A DNA stretch of 63,156 nt, filler included, from Folioceros fuciformis (GCA_049999805.1; 3 parts of 3 records of this genome joined end to end with filler, not necessarily neighbours in it), one strand, 5' to 3'. Shown: positions 23,978 to 36,466, counted from the first letter of the whole stretch. Notes: generated by a model from the sequence alone, not told the origin. Numbers and translations are program-made.

Positions 23978-25460
23978 TCACTGCAAGAAACCGTTTTGCT
24001 TGAAGCTGTTGATGCAATCCTGAAACATTGTCTCTAGGCTCTTGAATTCGGCGAGGCCCAGCCTTTCGATCTTTCCAGTATTCAAGCGATGAGGAACCTC
24101 GTTCCCCTTCTCCTCGAGGTTGGGACTGCAGGGAGTACAGCTCGAAGCTCAATCGTTCGATGCCTAACCAAATCCCAGCTTAAACGTCATGGAGCGCCAG
24201 GCAAGCTACATACCTGAGGGGAAGTGGGTAGTCTGGGTATTGGGTCTTCAGCATTGTGATGACCTCAGCCCAGTGGGCAACCTTTTCGGAGCAGATATAG
24301 CGCCCTGATGCTGTGGGATCTTCATACACAAGCAAATGGGCTGTGACTACGTCATGTATGTGAACAAATCCTATAATTTGGTTCGGAAACGTCTTAGCCC
24401 CACCTGCCAACACGATTCAGGGTTATTTTAGTGTGCAGGTGTCAAGATCGAGGGCCGGATGGCTGGGAATCATGCCGGATACGATTTGGAACGGAAGTAA
24501 CAAACCACGCAGAAGATGAAGAACCATGAGAATGGTGCTGGTTGGCATGGGTGGCAGCATGGGGCCAATCACGAAGGAGGGATTGACGACAACCAAGTCC
24601 ACATGATGCATCCTGGCGAACTCCCATGCTTTCTGTTCGGCCAACGTCTTCGCCAAGGCGTACCACAACTGCTCAGCAAGAGTAATGAGGCATTCGCGCA
24701 GTGAGAAGAGCAGGGACGGTGCGAATTGCAGGAATCCGCCGTAACATTGCACCAGCCCAGAAATTAACCATACATGATAGTGTCTACAGTACTCTGCATT
24801 ACTCCATGTGGATTCATCCAGCGGCGGCTTGTCCTCGCTGCGACCGTAATCGTACCGGATGGCGGAACAGGACGACGTCATCACCACCCTCTTGACGGAA
24901 CGGCTCCTGACGCATGCGCCGAGGACGTTCATGCTGCCCTTGACGCAAGGATCCAGCAGCTTGGCCTGCACGGGAGCCCGCTCAACCACTCACAAATTGT
25001 CATCAATTGAAACGACAATTGCGCTGGGCCTTGCGAGTAGCCTAGTCTAGCCTACATGCTGTGCCGGCGCACCAACCTGGGGATCGTCTTTCGGTTCGTA
25101 CAGCACAGGACTGGCGGTGTGGAACACGCCGAGCACACCATCCACAGCGGCGTCGAAGCTGCCGTCCTTGAGCAAGTCAGCTTCCAGAATGCGCAGTCGC
25201 TCCCTCGCTCCGGGCAGCTGCCAGAGGAAATTGGTTCGCTTGCTGTCCTCTGCACATAGCGCTGGGAAGAATGATCGTGCTTCTAAAACACGCGGTCAGC
25301 ACGAGAGACAGCAAAGGGGGAGGCGGCAGCGTTCTTGACCTGCATGACGAACTGTGGTGCGCACTTTGTAGCCTTTCTTCAGCAATTCTCTGATGAGGAA
25401 TGAGGCGATGTAGCCGGTGCCTCCCGTCACGCACACTTCGTGCGCGTCGGGCAGCCCCAT
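23978..25460 (-). CDS. TKPR2: Tetraketide alpha-pyrone reductase 2-like (DFR/CCR-type SDR, sporopollenin pathway), multi-exon
   Basis: VCVTGGTGYIASFLI (NADPH binding), TSSCSAIRY, WYALAKTLAEQKAW (YxxxK), VNPSFVIGP..PTSTILMVL, GFVHIHDVVTAH..VAHWAEVI; last exon ends MFQDCINSFKQNGFLQ*. Confidence 0.88.
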
Positions 25461-26291
25461 GGATGAATGTGGAGGAGCTGTCGTTGCGCAGGGCGCCTCC
25501 TTTGCTCTTCCCACATTGTCGCCTTAAAGGCGCATTGCACAACGCACTGGTTGCCAAACAACTGGATCATCAAACTGACCGGTAGCACAGCAGTCCCAGG
25601 CCCCACCCTGGGCTGCGGGTAGTTCGCCCGGCCACCTAAGTCCCACACCCTTTGTGATGAGAGGCACCAAGGTCGCTGTGACCGTGGACCGTTCGTCCCG
25701 GCCGTACCATTTTCTTTCACTTCTCAACCTCAGGAGTGTGGTGGTTCTTCACACTCCAATCTGAGTTCATACAAATCATTGAGCCTCACGATTCAAGACC
25801 ATCAGCCTTTTTCAAGGACTTGCAAATGTGCTCAACAACACACCAAATGTTCTAAGTGTATTCAAACCAAGAGACTCAATAATAAGTCTTGCAATGAAGT
25901 CAAGCAAGCAGCTATGCTGTCCATATTGACACGATGTCACCGTATGTGCAGGACTCGATTCAAAATTGGTAGCAAGCTAGCCGGCAGTGAAGTGGTGTGC
26001 TGGACCTTCACCCTGCCTTCATTAGCACATGTCAGGATCACAAACCTGGATTTCTAGATATGAATATGAGGTGGATCTAGGTGTCATGTTAGCGTAGACA
26101 AGAGGACTTGAACCATCAATGGAATGAGGTTGTATGTATCCTATGAGGTTGTATGTTTATATGTTGAGCTAAGAGAAAGAAGCCAACCTAATTCCATTGA
26201 CCGCAGGGACACTTACTTGGCGTGACAACCAACCTTATCCCCTTAATAATGCTGGTGGGCATGCTTGTGCTGAAAATCAATTGCTCCATGT

Positions 26292-26418
26292 CATGTGTAG
26301 CTGCATAAAAACTATGGGCAATCTATCAAGAGAGACATGTGTAGCTGCATAAAAACTACGGCCAATCTATCAAGAGAGACATGTGTAGCTGCATAAAAAC
26401 TATGGGCAATCTATCAAG
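26292..26418. repeat. Tandem repeat, three ~44-bp units
   Basis: CATGTGTAGCTGCATAAAA(A)CTA..GCAATCTATCAAG repeated three times. Confidence 0.9.
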
Positions 26419-26827
26419 TTCATACTGCAGAGACATTTCAAGCATTGCTATAAACGGCAACTAAGATTATTAGCCGCTAAAGAAACCTGTAAGGTGTTGT
26501 GCAGCAATAAGTGCACTAAGAGTTGCCATGATAGTCACCATGTATCTACTTATTCAGAACCAGAGTGGAAAGCATTTATCAACATGTAAAGTTGTATTTA
26601 TTGCATAATACCATACATGCATACATACCTATACATGGTTGCTATAATTTAATTATTACCTTCATACCTGCCATATCCAAGGGTGGTTAGAAGTTTTTGA
26701 ATTGGATACAACAAGGTGGTTCATAGTTTTTGAACAAGAGTGTCATTCCTCAATTGCCAAATTTAAGTAGGTAAGTAAGGTAATCTTTGAGAGTTTGGTG
26801 ATGGAAATCATGAGCAAACTATGTCGA

Positions 26828-26973
26828 GCCTCTCCCACATGCTAGAATGTTAGTAGGATAAAAGGAGCAATGTTCATTGAGCTTATTGGTGCTAAAGATG
26901 CCTCTCCCACATGCTAGAATGTTGGTAGGATAAAAGAAGCAATGTTCATTGAGCTCATTGGAGCTAAAGATGC
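26828..26973. repeat. Tandem duplication, two ~72-bp units
   Basis: GCCTCTCCCACATGCTAGAATGTT..GCTAAAGAT occurs twice with few substitutions. Confidence 0.9.
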
Positions 26974-27826
26974 TTGAATTCGTTCAAAATTATTTGGGTT
27001 TGTTCAATCAATTACATAATTGAACTATTGTATGGAAGGGGACATCTTCCTCCCTCAAATTTCAATCATGTCTCTTGCTTATGTCAATGGTGGGTCTAAG
27101 TACAAGTTTGTAACATGTAAAAGTCTGCAACAACCTCTTAAATGTTGTTGTCCATGTTAATATGTTTGATAACTTATAGTCAATTGATCAAACTAGAAGG
27201 AGATATGATAGCACGAGATGGAGAATCGTACCAAAGTATGTCTAGAACATGAGCCCTCTTGTTTGTTAAGGTCTCTCATGTCTTCTTTTTATAAAATATA
27301 CATTTCGTGTCAACCAACCGTGAATACCTAGAAGGCAGGCTAAATGTGCAAAGCAAATACATTATCTCATCTTACCTTAAAGACTAATTAATAATCTCTA
27401 TGCATATATTATATTATATTGAACTAAATATTAACTTATGCTTAATGAGATAAATGATACTGACCCTGGTGTAGCCGGGTCTAGAAAAAAATAAAAACGA
27501 AGCTTGGTGGAATAACGCTAGAAAGGCCAAAGGTTGAGGGCAAGGCAGAACGTGATAGCCCACGTGGGGGACGTTGTTGGGGTGTTTTGGGGCGCCACTG
27601 TTTTGAGAGACGAACGTCCCCCTCGTACGATTGGCAGAAGAAACAGGGGGTGGAGAGTGTAAATTAGCAAACGATCACGTTCGGCGAGCAGGAGATTTGG
27701 GTATTGCAAGAGCAATAGCTTCCCATGTCTTACTGGAGCTGTGGTAAAGATGGGGTCAAACGATTTATGAAGGGGAGCAGCAACCAAGTTGGCGCCGACT
27801 CCGGAGTGCTGGCATTCCCCATCCCG

Positions 27827-27926
27827 NNNNNNNNNNNNNNNNNNNNNNNNNNNNNNNNNNNNNNNNNNNNTTAATTAATTAANNNNNNNNNNNNNNNNNN
27901 NNNNNNNNNNNNNNNNNNNNNNNNNN
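27827..27926. other. Artificial assembly spacer (N44-TTAATTAATTAA-N44)
   Basis: Exactly 100 bp with a central six-frame stop linker; identical structure at 56551-56650. Confidence 0.95.
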
Positions 27927-28530
27927 TCAAGGAGGGTAAAGTGTCACATTGTGAATGCCCAACTATTTGGGCGGCGGCGCAATTGGGAGACGCAAGTGTA
28001 GCTTGCTTCTTCTTTCAACTCTGTTGCCAACCTAGCTTCTTCACATGCAACAATCCTTGGGCCATCACTAAATTCACAAGTAGTTTGAGCTCTTGTTGGC
28101 CTTGTTTCATCCTTGCTATCCTATTCCTCGCCTTTTTCAACATCTTCACAACAATATCTACTTCGCGTAAGAAAGTCTATTATCTTCAGGGAAGTTCTTG
28201 GGGATGGTCTTTGACCATTTTCGTTATTACTATTTTGTAAAGGATTCTCGAATGGGTTTTTTGAGCTTTTCATATTAATCATAATTGTAGCTAGGAGTGA
28301 GATCCCTCATTGTATCTCTCAAGTCTGTGGGCTAGGAAGTTACTAGTATCCCTTCAGAAGCCTACCGTGGGGGTGCATGCTATTGCAGTTAAGGAGGGAT
28401 TCCTATGTAAAGGAGTATATAATCCTAAGGTTATTTACCTTATTAAATCTAGGGTTATTAAGTAGACTCATAGGCAGTTGTTATGAGACCTAACCGTAAC
28501 TCATGCAACTCAACAATATGAAACATACTC

Positions 28531-28563
28531 TTTATGGGTTTAGGGTTTAGGGTTTGAGGGTTT
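28531..28563 (+). repeat. Short degenerate plant telomere-type (TTTAGGG)n tract
   Basis: TTTATGGGTTTAGGGTTTAGGGTTTGAGGGTTT. Confidence 0.7.
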
Positions 28564-29423
28564 AAACCCACCCTCGTTCTCTTGCTCTCACGCTTTTGCT
28601 ACCACCACACTTGGATCCGCTTTATGGTCTCACAGCAATAAATCTACCTTCCTGCAGACGGTCATCAACACTCTAGCGATACCGTGCCGATGTTCAGAGG
28701 GAGACGATACCAAGACGCCATGTTGTGATGCAGTCTGCGGGCAGAGGTGCAAACAGAAGAATCCTGGTTCCCAGAATTCACCGTGAATTCATCTGCCAGG
28801 ATTGCTATGAGGCAGAAGTTCAGATCTGCTCATGAACCCCCTCGAATCCTCGCCCAAGGGAGCGCATCGAAGTAATCTCTTGCGTTCGTGCAGACCTTGC
28901 AATAACAATCGGCATTCAGATTCGGCCAGATCCCCTTCTCACCGCAGCAACGAACTTGAAGAGTTGAACTTCAAGGTCAACCTACTCCAGGATTTGTTTA
29001 ACAATCTCAGCGACATGATGAACAAGCTTCTTCAAACCGTGTGATGGACAAAGCGCTTGAGGCAGAACGGACGAAAAAGGAGTCACTTTTACCTTCGAGC
29101 TTGCACTGCTGCATTTAAGCGCTTGTCTACATAGATGCAACTGGAAACCTGATGATGACAATGAGTTAAATTTGAACGATGCTGGAATTGTTACTCTAAC
29201 CCGTGAGTTTCAATAGCAAGGAAGGGATGGAGCCAACATCGAGGACGAAGGCATTCAAGAACCACCTTCTCTTGAGAGGCGACAGGATCAAGGGCTTTGT
29301 CAACCTGCTATAACCATTGGTACAACATCATTAGGATTATTTGGCAGTCCACACTTTGGACAACAAAGCGGTGCAGCTTCATCAACTGTGAGCCACCAAC
29401 AAACAGGAGTAGCTCCTGGACAA

Positions 29424-31200
29424 GGAATTGGTAACCCTATTCCGAATCCAGCAGCAAATCCTCCTGTAATGGCTTAGCCTGCTACACTTCTTCCTGGTAC
29501 CTTGAAGATTGACTTTAAGGATCGTGATTGATGTAACAGCACATACTACACTGTATGGTCTATGAGGCTTACTCAAATTCTAGACGAGAATGAGTTAATG
29601 GGAGTTGTCAATGGTTCTGAGCATGGACCTGGAATTGGTAACCCTATTCCGAATCCAGCAGCAAATCCTCCTGTAATGGCTCAGCCTACTGCACTTCTTC
29701 CCGGTACCTTGAAGATTGACTTTAAGGATCGTGATTGATTTAACAGCACAGACTACACTGTATGGTCTATGAGGCTTACTCAAATTCTAGAGGAGAATGA
29801 GTTAATGGGAGTTGTCGATGGTTCTGAGCAATCACTAGTGGCAACTCCGACGAACGCTGACGATATCCTAGCTTGGAAGCAAAAGGACAGGCGTGCACGT
29901 TCCATCATCATTGCCTCTTTGGATAGGACAACGATGCCTCACACTCTGAATGTCGTAACCTCTACAGCTGTGTGGAGAAATTTTACAATGATCTACAAGG
30001 ACAGAGCTCAGCCTCTTTGGTTCATTCTTTCCGAGGTTTATTTTATCTGCGGATGAAGGATGGGGAATCAGTAGAGTCCTACATTAACAAGTTTAGGACT
30101 ACACAAGCCAACCTTGCATATTGTGGGACTGTCTTGAAAGAAGTCCAAGCAGCAACCGCTTTTCTGGCATCACTGCCGGAGGTTTATTCTTATTTTATCA
30201 GTGCTCAACATGCTAAGATAGACTCAACACAATAGCTTGGTGCTAGAAGTGTGCCCAAGATATCACTCGAGGATGTGTTTGGTGCACTCCTTGGAGAAGA
30301 GTGCACAAGAACCCTGACTAAACACAAGGGGCAAAACCCTAACAGTAGCAGAGTACTCTTCACAACTAGGGGCAAGGGCTCATGGTGTAGCAGAGGTGGT
30401 CGAGGCATAGGCCTGCCAACCATAGCAAGATAGCCTAATTTGTAGCGTAAGACTTTTAGTTGCAACTGGTGTAAAATTCCAGGTCACTATGAGCGTGACT
30501 GTAGGAAAAAGAGGGCTGGTGAGCCGAGGAGGGATGGACGTGCTGAGACCAATATTGCTTCCACCACGCCTACCTTGACTGTCAAATCACCTACCATTCT
30601 TATTGTTTGTCTTTCATTCATTCAGATACAAACCAATATGTGGTTCTTAGATTCAAAAACAACCAGCCATATTTGTTTTGATAAGTCTTTTTTTTGCATT
30701 TTCAAACCAACTTATGATGACAGACAATTTGTTTTGCGTGGTAATGACAATGGCTTAGCTATCAAAGGGATAGGTTCAGTCATGATCCAACTTCCAAATA
30801 AGTCTACTCTTACTCTGTCAAGTGTCCTTTTTGTACCATCCATGACTAAAAATCTCATGTCAATACTTAAGTTATCATAAGAGCATGCTTGTAGAGTGTG
30901 TTTTGATCACACAGCGTGCTCTGTTTCACAGCTAGGCAACTGTTCAGAGATTTTCTCTGGAATCCCCTACCATGACTTGTATTTGCTGGATGTTAGAAGT
31001 TTCATCCCTTTAGTGTCAGCCTATGTAGCGACTAGTCCTCATCTGACATCGACACAACTCTAGCATTGCAGACTATGTCACGTTAACTTTCATAAGCTGT
31101 CTGCTCTCATTAAAAATGATGTCTTTAGGCAACCCTTGTCTTTTTCTTTTGATGATTATGCTTTTTGTGATGCTTGTCAGACCAGCAAAGCTGTTTCTCA
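29424..31200 (+). mobile_element. Degenerate Ty1/Copia gag-protease-(pre-)integrase remnant with a 207-bp-period tandem duplication at the gag start
   Basis: YTVWSMRLTQILEENELMGVVDGSE..WKQKDRRARSII (Copia gag), CNWCKIPGHYERDC knuckle, WFLDSKTTSHIC protease, VLFVPSMTKNLMS, HCRLCHVN; many stops. Confidence 0.9.
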
Positions 31201-32517
31201 GTCTTACAAGGATAAACAATGGGGGAGGAATTCTACTAGATGAGCACTCTTGGGCGTGTCTTTGAATCTTCATTCATACCCAATTTTAGCATATTTTGTT
31301 TTACTGAGCATGCTAGGTAGTGATAATAGGCTAAGTGACCTAGTTTAGCCCACGCCCAATTTTTGTTATCATCTTTCAGCATAAGTGGACATAAACTGAA
31401 TTTTCTTCCATGAAAAAACCCTACCCCCTCCTAATGTCCCTCCAGGCACTTGAGTAGCATGGCTTGCACACCAAATTCGTCCTATGAGGGTTTGTGTGCA
31501 TAATCGCCCCCTAATATGACTACAAGCACCGGTGCCCATTTGTACTTTGTTTGGCCTATCGCACGGCTTTTGTTAACTCATTAAAACTTTGAAACTTCGA
31601 AATATTTAGGAGATGGGAAGGCTAAGTGGCTTAGTGAAAATAATACGATATGGGAATAATTATATTTAGTGGATTAATGCCCTTCAAGATAAGATGAGTT
31701 TTTTTTCTCTGTCAATGTCTGAAGTAACGACAAGACAAGAGGAGATGATGGATGCCAGTGGTGGGAGAGACACGTTGCTATGTACGTACTGTACGTACCA
31801 AGCGGATGACCGACATTTTCCCGTGCCCACTCTTTCTAATAACGGCATATCCTATCCTACAAAGTAGGCGGAGCAGGCGCCGCTCCACTGCCGGGTATAT
31901 GTACATGCAGTACAGGACATATGGAGACCACGGTCATACAGTAGCTTTGCGGCTACCAGCTGTTGGGAACCACGCCCTACCAAAGTCTTGTGAAGAAACT
32001 CGTGGAGGAAGCTGTCCAACAGCCCGCATTCTCGTCCTCATTCCACAAATCACAGCCACAAGCCCCCTGGCATCAAAATCTGTTGTAAATGGATCACAAG
32101 CCAGCGGGCGACCTTTCCGTCCCATGGCATGAGGCACCGAATCCACACCTGCTACAGCTGACTTCCTTGGGCCGTCATGACCGCTGAATACACGCCACTG
32201 CACATGTCACACCGCGCGGCAAAAGACCTGGATCTTTTCGAAGTTTGCCAGTCCGTCAGCTCTCCCGGCCCCAGCACGGGGACTCCCGGCCAACTGCCTC
32301 CCATTTGCAGCTCCGGATCCTGGTCCTTTTTCGTAGCGCTAGCCAGTCCACTACACACTACCTTTCTGAGTGTGGGCGCGGCGCAATTTGTCCACCCTTG
32401 TTGCACCAACGGGAGTTCCCTGTGAGCAGGAGGGTCAAGCCATCTTCTAGCTGTGCGTCGTGGACTCGTGACTCGTCCCGCAAGCTCTACCGTCACAAGA
32501 ATCCATCCGCAGCCGGA

Positions 32518-33380
32518 ATGGCGCTCGCTCACGGAGGACCCACGGGAAGCTTGAGCCCTGAGAGCATGGGCAGGCCGGAGGAGATTATCCGCGACTACCA
32601 GCCGGACGAGGACACGCCATGGAGGTTCGGCCTGCCGGACTACGCCATCGTCAACAAGGCGTACTTCCAGCACCGGAGCAAGAAGCACGCGGCGGGCTCA
32701 CTGGAGGAGGTGGTGCAGAAGATAGTGAAGAACTGGGAGGTAATGATGATTGCGAGAGTGGAGCTGTGTCACGAGCAGCGCCTCCACGCTCCGTCTCGGC
32801 TTTGCTCTGTGATTTGACAGCTCTTGCGCGCGTTGCTGTTTGCCATGACGAATCGGACGCCGGGCCGCAGGTGGAGTCGCATCACATCGCGGACGTGACG
32901 CGGTGGAAGACGATGGATGCGCCTCGCTTCCAGGCCTTCTCGAACGGGGCTGGGCCCGTGGACGCGGCGGCCATGGCGGAGGCTGGGCCTTACAACATTC
33001 TGCTGGGAGACTGCATGCGCCACTACAAGGCCAGCACGGAGACCTACGAGTCGGCCAACGAAGCCTTCAAAGAGGCCTTCCCGGAGGGATTCGCATTCGA
33101 GGTGCTGGAGGTGTTCTCGCCACCCCCCGCTGTCTCCTTCACCTGGCGCCACTTCGGGCGCATGGCCGGGCCCTTCAAGGGATGCCCTGCGCACGGGGAA
33201 ATGATCGAGATCATCGGCCACACCCTGGCCCGGGTGAACAAGGATCTTGTCATCGAGGAGCTGCAGGTGCATTTCGACAGGGAGGGATTTCTCGCCGCTC
33301 TCACCAAGATGCAGCGGGAGGAGGAGCCCGCCGTGGCCACGCTGGAGGAAGGCTTGCAAAACATCGCCGTGCAAGCCTGA
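32518..33380 (+). CDS. Pathogen-related protein family member (SnoaL/NTF2-like fold), two exons (intron 32740-32870)
   Basis: TPWRFGLPDYAIVNKAY..GSLEEVVQKIVKNWE|VESHHI..GPYNILL..FPEGFAFEVLEVFSPPPAVSFTWRHFG..FKGCPAHGEMIEIIG; phase-0 GT-AG intron joins the two frames. Confidence 0.88.
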
Positions 33381-33914
33381 GCGCGCAGCACTCAAGTTCC
33401 TCCACCGATCGATACGGGGCTCCCTCAAATGTCATCGTCGGCAGGTGGAGGTGCGGGATCCTGCGGTCATTGTGAAGCTACTTCAGACGTTCTCAGTTGT
33501 GACAAAAAAGGCTTGAACACTTTCTTCCCTGAAAGGCTCTCCGTAATGTTGATCATGTGAGCCCTGCCTTCAGTATTTATTGCCTGTCTCGTCTTTGAAG
33601 ATGGCAGGACGGTCACGACCCGTCCTCGTCCCCCCGTGAATCTTAACCCATCCGCTAATTACGTGATCGAAGCCAGCAAAAGGCCTCTCACTTGAACGAG
33701 CTTTCATGACACCAGAGGGTTTGCGAGGAGCGCGAAGCTTCTGGATCCTCGAGTTCAGGGCCTATGATTTGAAGGTGTGCTCGATGACAAGTACGAATGC
33801 AAGCTGTTGAAGAGCTCCGAGGACGAGTCTCACTTCGCGGGGAGGATGCGTTCCAGGTTGCTTCGTTCGGTACTCATCTATTTTCAAAACAATGTCAGTC
33901 AAGTCATCACGGCA

Positions 33915-34050
33915 GAACAAGCTGCCTTGTAAACCGAGGAACTCAGAAGACTCATGAAAGGAGAAGCTGCCTTATAAACCGAGGAACTCATGACGATGAT
34001 GGGAGAAGCTACCTCGTAAGCTGAGGAACTCGAAGGACTCATGAAAGGAC
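33915..34050. repeat. Degenerate tandem repeat (~45 bp, about 3 units)
   Basis: AAGCTGCCTT(G/A)TAAACCGAGGAACTCA and GACTCATGAAAGGA recur. Confidence 0.7.
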
Positions 34051-34162
34051 CCGAAACATCATGCGACGGGTAAATCACCCTTTGAAGTTTTCTGCCACCG
34101 AAGTTTTAATGTTGCTTGAGTCAATCATTCAATAGTAAATAAAATAAAATATTCATCATACT

Positions 34163-35275
34163 TCAATCATGTTGCGATGCGCTAACTTTTGCTAGCAAAC
34201 TAAGTCCATACCAAGAACTATCACTATTTTGATGGGCAGGGGAGAGATACATAGCATGTCCATTACCAGGCTCCACTTCCATTTCATCCTCCTCAGGTGT
34301 ATTCTGCAAGCTATCATTCTCCATGCCACCAATAAGATTAAGATTGCTCTGAACATCATCTTCCTTCACGCCTACATTTTCATCCTGATGGTTGTCTTCC
34401 GTCGAATTAGACTTATTGTGCATATCACCTTCCTCCACAAGAACAAGACTATTGTTAACAAGTGTTGGCTTTGTTGTAGATGGTCCTTCACAAATAGCTA
34501 GAGGAATACGAGGAGACCCAAGATTTGCTGCGGATGGTGCTTCACAAATAGCTAGAGGAACATGAGGAGACCCAAGATTTGTTGTAGAGGGTACTTCACA
34601 AATAGCTAGAGGAACATAAGGAGAACCACCATTTGCTGCAGATGGCGCATCATAAATAGCTAGAGGAGCATTAGCAGCATCAACATTAAGGGATGCATTG
34701 GCTAGAGGAACATTAGCAGTAGCAGCATTAGAGGATGCATTGGCTAGAGGAGCATTAGTAGTAGCAGCAGCAGTAGAGGATGCATTGGCTAGAGAAGCAT
34801 GAGCAGCAACACCAGCACTAGAGGATGCATTGGATATTGGTACTTTGGTGTAGTAGCACTGCACACTACAATAGTCCCATGTACTTTCGAGGAGATCATG
34901 TTGACAAATTTTGCATCTTCTTGTCAAAGATACATGTTTCTTTCTACTCTTTTCTGTCCACTGCTTTCGAAACAAAGTGTATTTCTCACTATTGCATATG
35001 TTATTACTTTTAATACCGCTATTTAGGATATCCACTTCTAATTCTTGAAGCATAGTTGTCTTACATGCAATTCCCCTTCTATCACATACAAAGCATTGTA
35101 AACATTTGTGATTGCTATGCTCATTCTTCACACATAGCTTGCAGTGAAACCTGTAATCACTACACGTTATACAATAGTAATTGCATTTTTTGTTGTGGTC
35201 TTTGCAATTTATAAATTTACCACGCCTAATATCACTAGCAGAAATTATGTCAAACATCCAAGGTGGAAGCTCCAT
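34163..35275 (-). CDS. Divergent PLATZ-like zinc-binding protein with repetitive C-terminal extension, intronless
   Basis: PPW..F.NC-x2-H-x7-C-x2-C-x6-C-x2-C-x4-H-x2-H and C-x2-C-x11-C-x3-C match the two PLATZ zinc regions; open 370-codon frame from the ATG at 35275. Confidence 0.7.
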   Translation of the reverse strand: MELPPWMFDIISASDIRRGKFINCKDHNKKCNYYCITCSDYRFHCKLCVKNEHSNHKCLQCFVCDRRGIACKTTMLQELEVDILNSGIKSNNICNSEKYTLFRKQWTEKSRKKHVSLTRRCKICQHDLLESTWDYCSVQCYYTKVPISNASSSAGVAAHASLANASSTAAATTNAPLANASSNAATANVPLANASLNVDAANAPLAIYDAPSAANGGSPYVPLAICEVPSTTNLGSPHVPLAICEAPSAANLGSPRIPLAICEGPSTTKPTLVNNSLVLVEEGDMHNKSNSTEDNHQDENVGVKEDDVQSNLNLIGGMENDSLQNTPEEDEMEVEPGNGHAMYLSPAHQNSDSSWYGLSLLAKVSASQHD

Positions 35276-36466
35276 TATCGGCACAATGTGACATAACCTC
35301 AATCAACTTATGGGTTAGAATTAGGTGTAAGGCAACCATACCACCCGCCTATCTATAGAAGAGCTTGCTCTCTTAGTCCATCAATTGTACTTATAACCTA
35401 CGAAGCTAGCTTGAATTAGAACTTTTCTCAATATAATTTACTATTTCCTATACATGCATATATAGAGTGGACTATTTGTGTTCATAGAAAGTTTTCATAA
35501 AAATAAAAAGTTATTTTGATCATGGCAAGTTTTGTGTGTCTATATAGCTTCTTCCAAACTTGGGTTTAGGGTACACTATTGCTAAAAGTGCCGTTAGCTT
35601 CGACGTGGGTTTAGGGACACTATTGCTAAAAGTGCAACCGCCTTCAGATGCTATCAACCCAACTTTCACTTATGCACTCCCAAGCTATTTTTTAAAACAC
35701 ATAAACATCTTGAATGATGTAGCTTAATGCAGCTCCACTTGTGCGCCTATAACTATAGAGGGTTTGCATTTATCAAGTCATCAAAGAGATGAGAATGAAC
35801 ATGAACATCTTAGCCTTTGTCTTGGCAGGTTTTCCAAGATATTAAAGTACTTTATGCCTACTTGGATGGGTTAGTTAGTATATGATATTTATTTTTTGGG
35901 CACTAAGGTATATATTATATATTTAACATATTATTTATTATAGAATGATAATAAAATAACAGTGATAAATAATGAGCTATACGGTTAAAATTATTTACAG
36001 CAAGGTCATTCTCTTTCTAAGTTAAAGTGGTATGTACGACGGCTGTACAGTACGTTGGGCGTCGAGGATAGTGTACGTAGATGCGTTTATCTGCGACCAA
36101 ATTGTAGAATACGAGAGGCGAGCCAACGTTGACTGTTAAATTCTGTGGACTAGTCCAATTTGACAAGCTACCCAGCTACGAGGGCGTATTAGCGGAAGCG
36201 GATCGTCACAGTCTAGGTGGAGTCGGAGGGTACTTCAGCTGCGTAGCTGGGTGCCTGGCAGACAAGACGACTGATGCCCTGCAGGCGACGCAGTATCTCG
36301 CCACTGGCAGCAGCCAGTTGCAATCCGCGACGGAACGTGCCTGTCCAGCTGATTGCCGCACAGATCCAGGTTTGGTGACTGCAGTACCGCCTCCTGCTTC
36401 CGTCTTGCAATTCTGGAGCAAGGGTCGGGAATGCATTTGGTGACGAAGCTGTGACCACTCTCAGCG

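Noticed and set aside
32769-33516. Several long overlapping ORFs on both strands
   Set aside because: Shadow frames of a GC-rich CDS; only one frame has family motifs.
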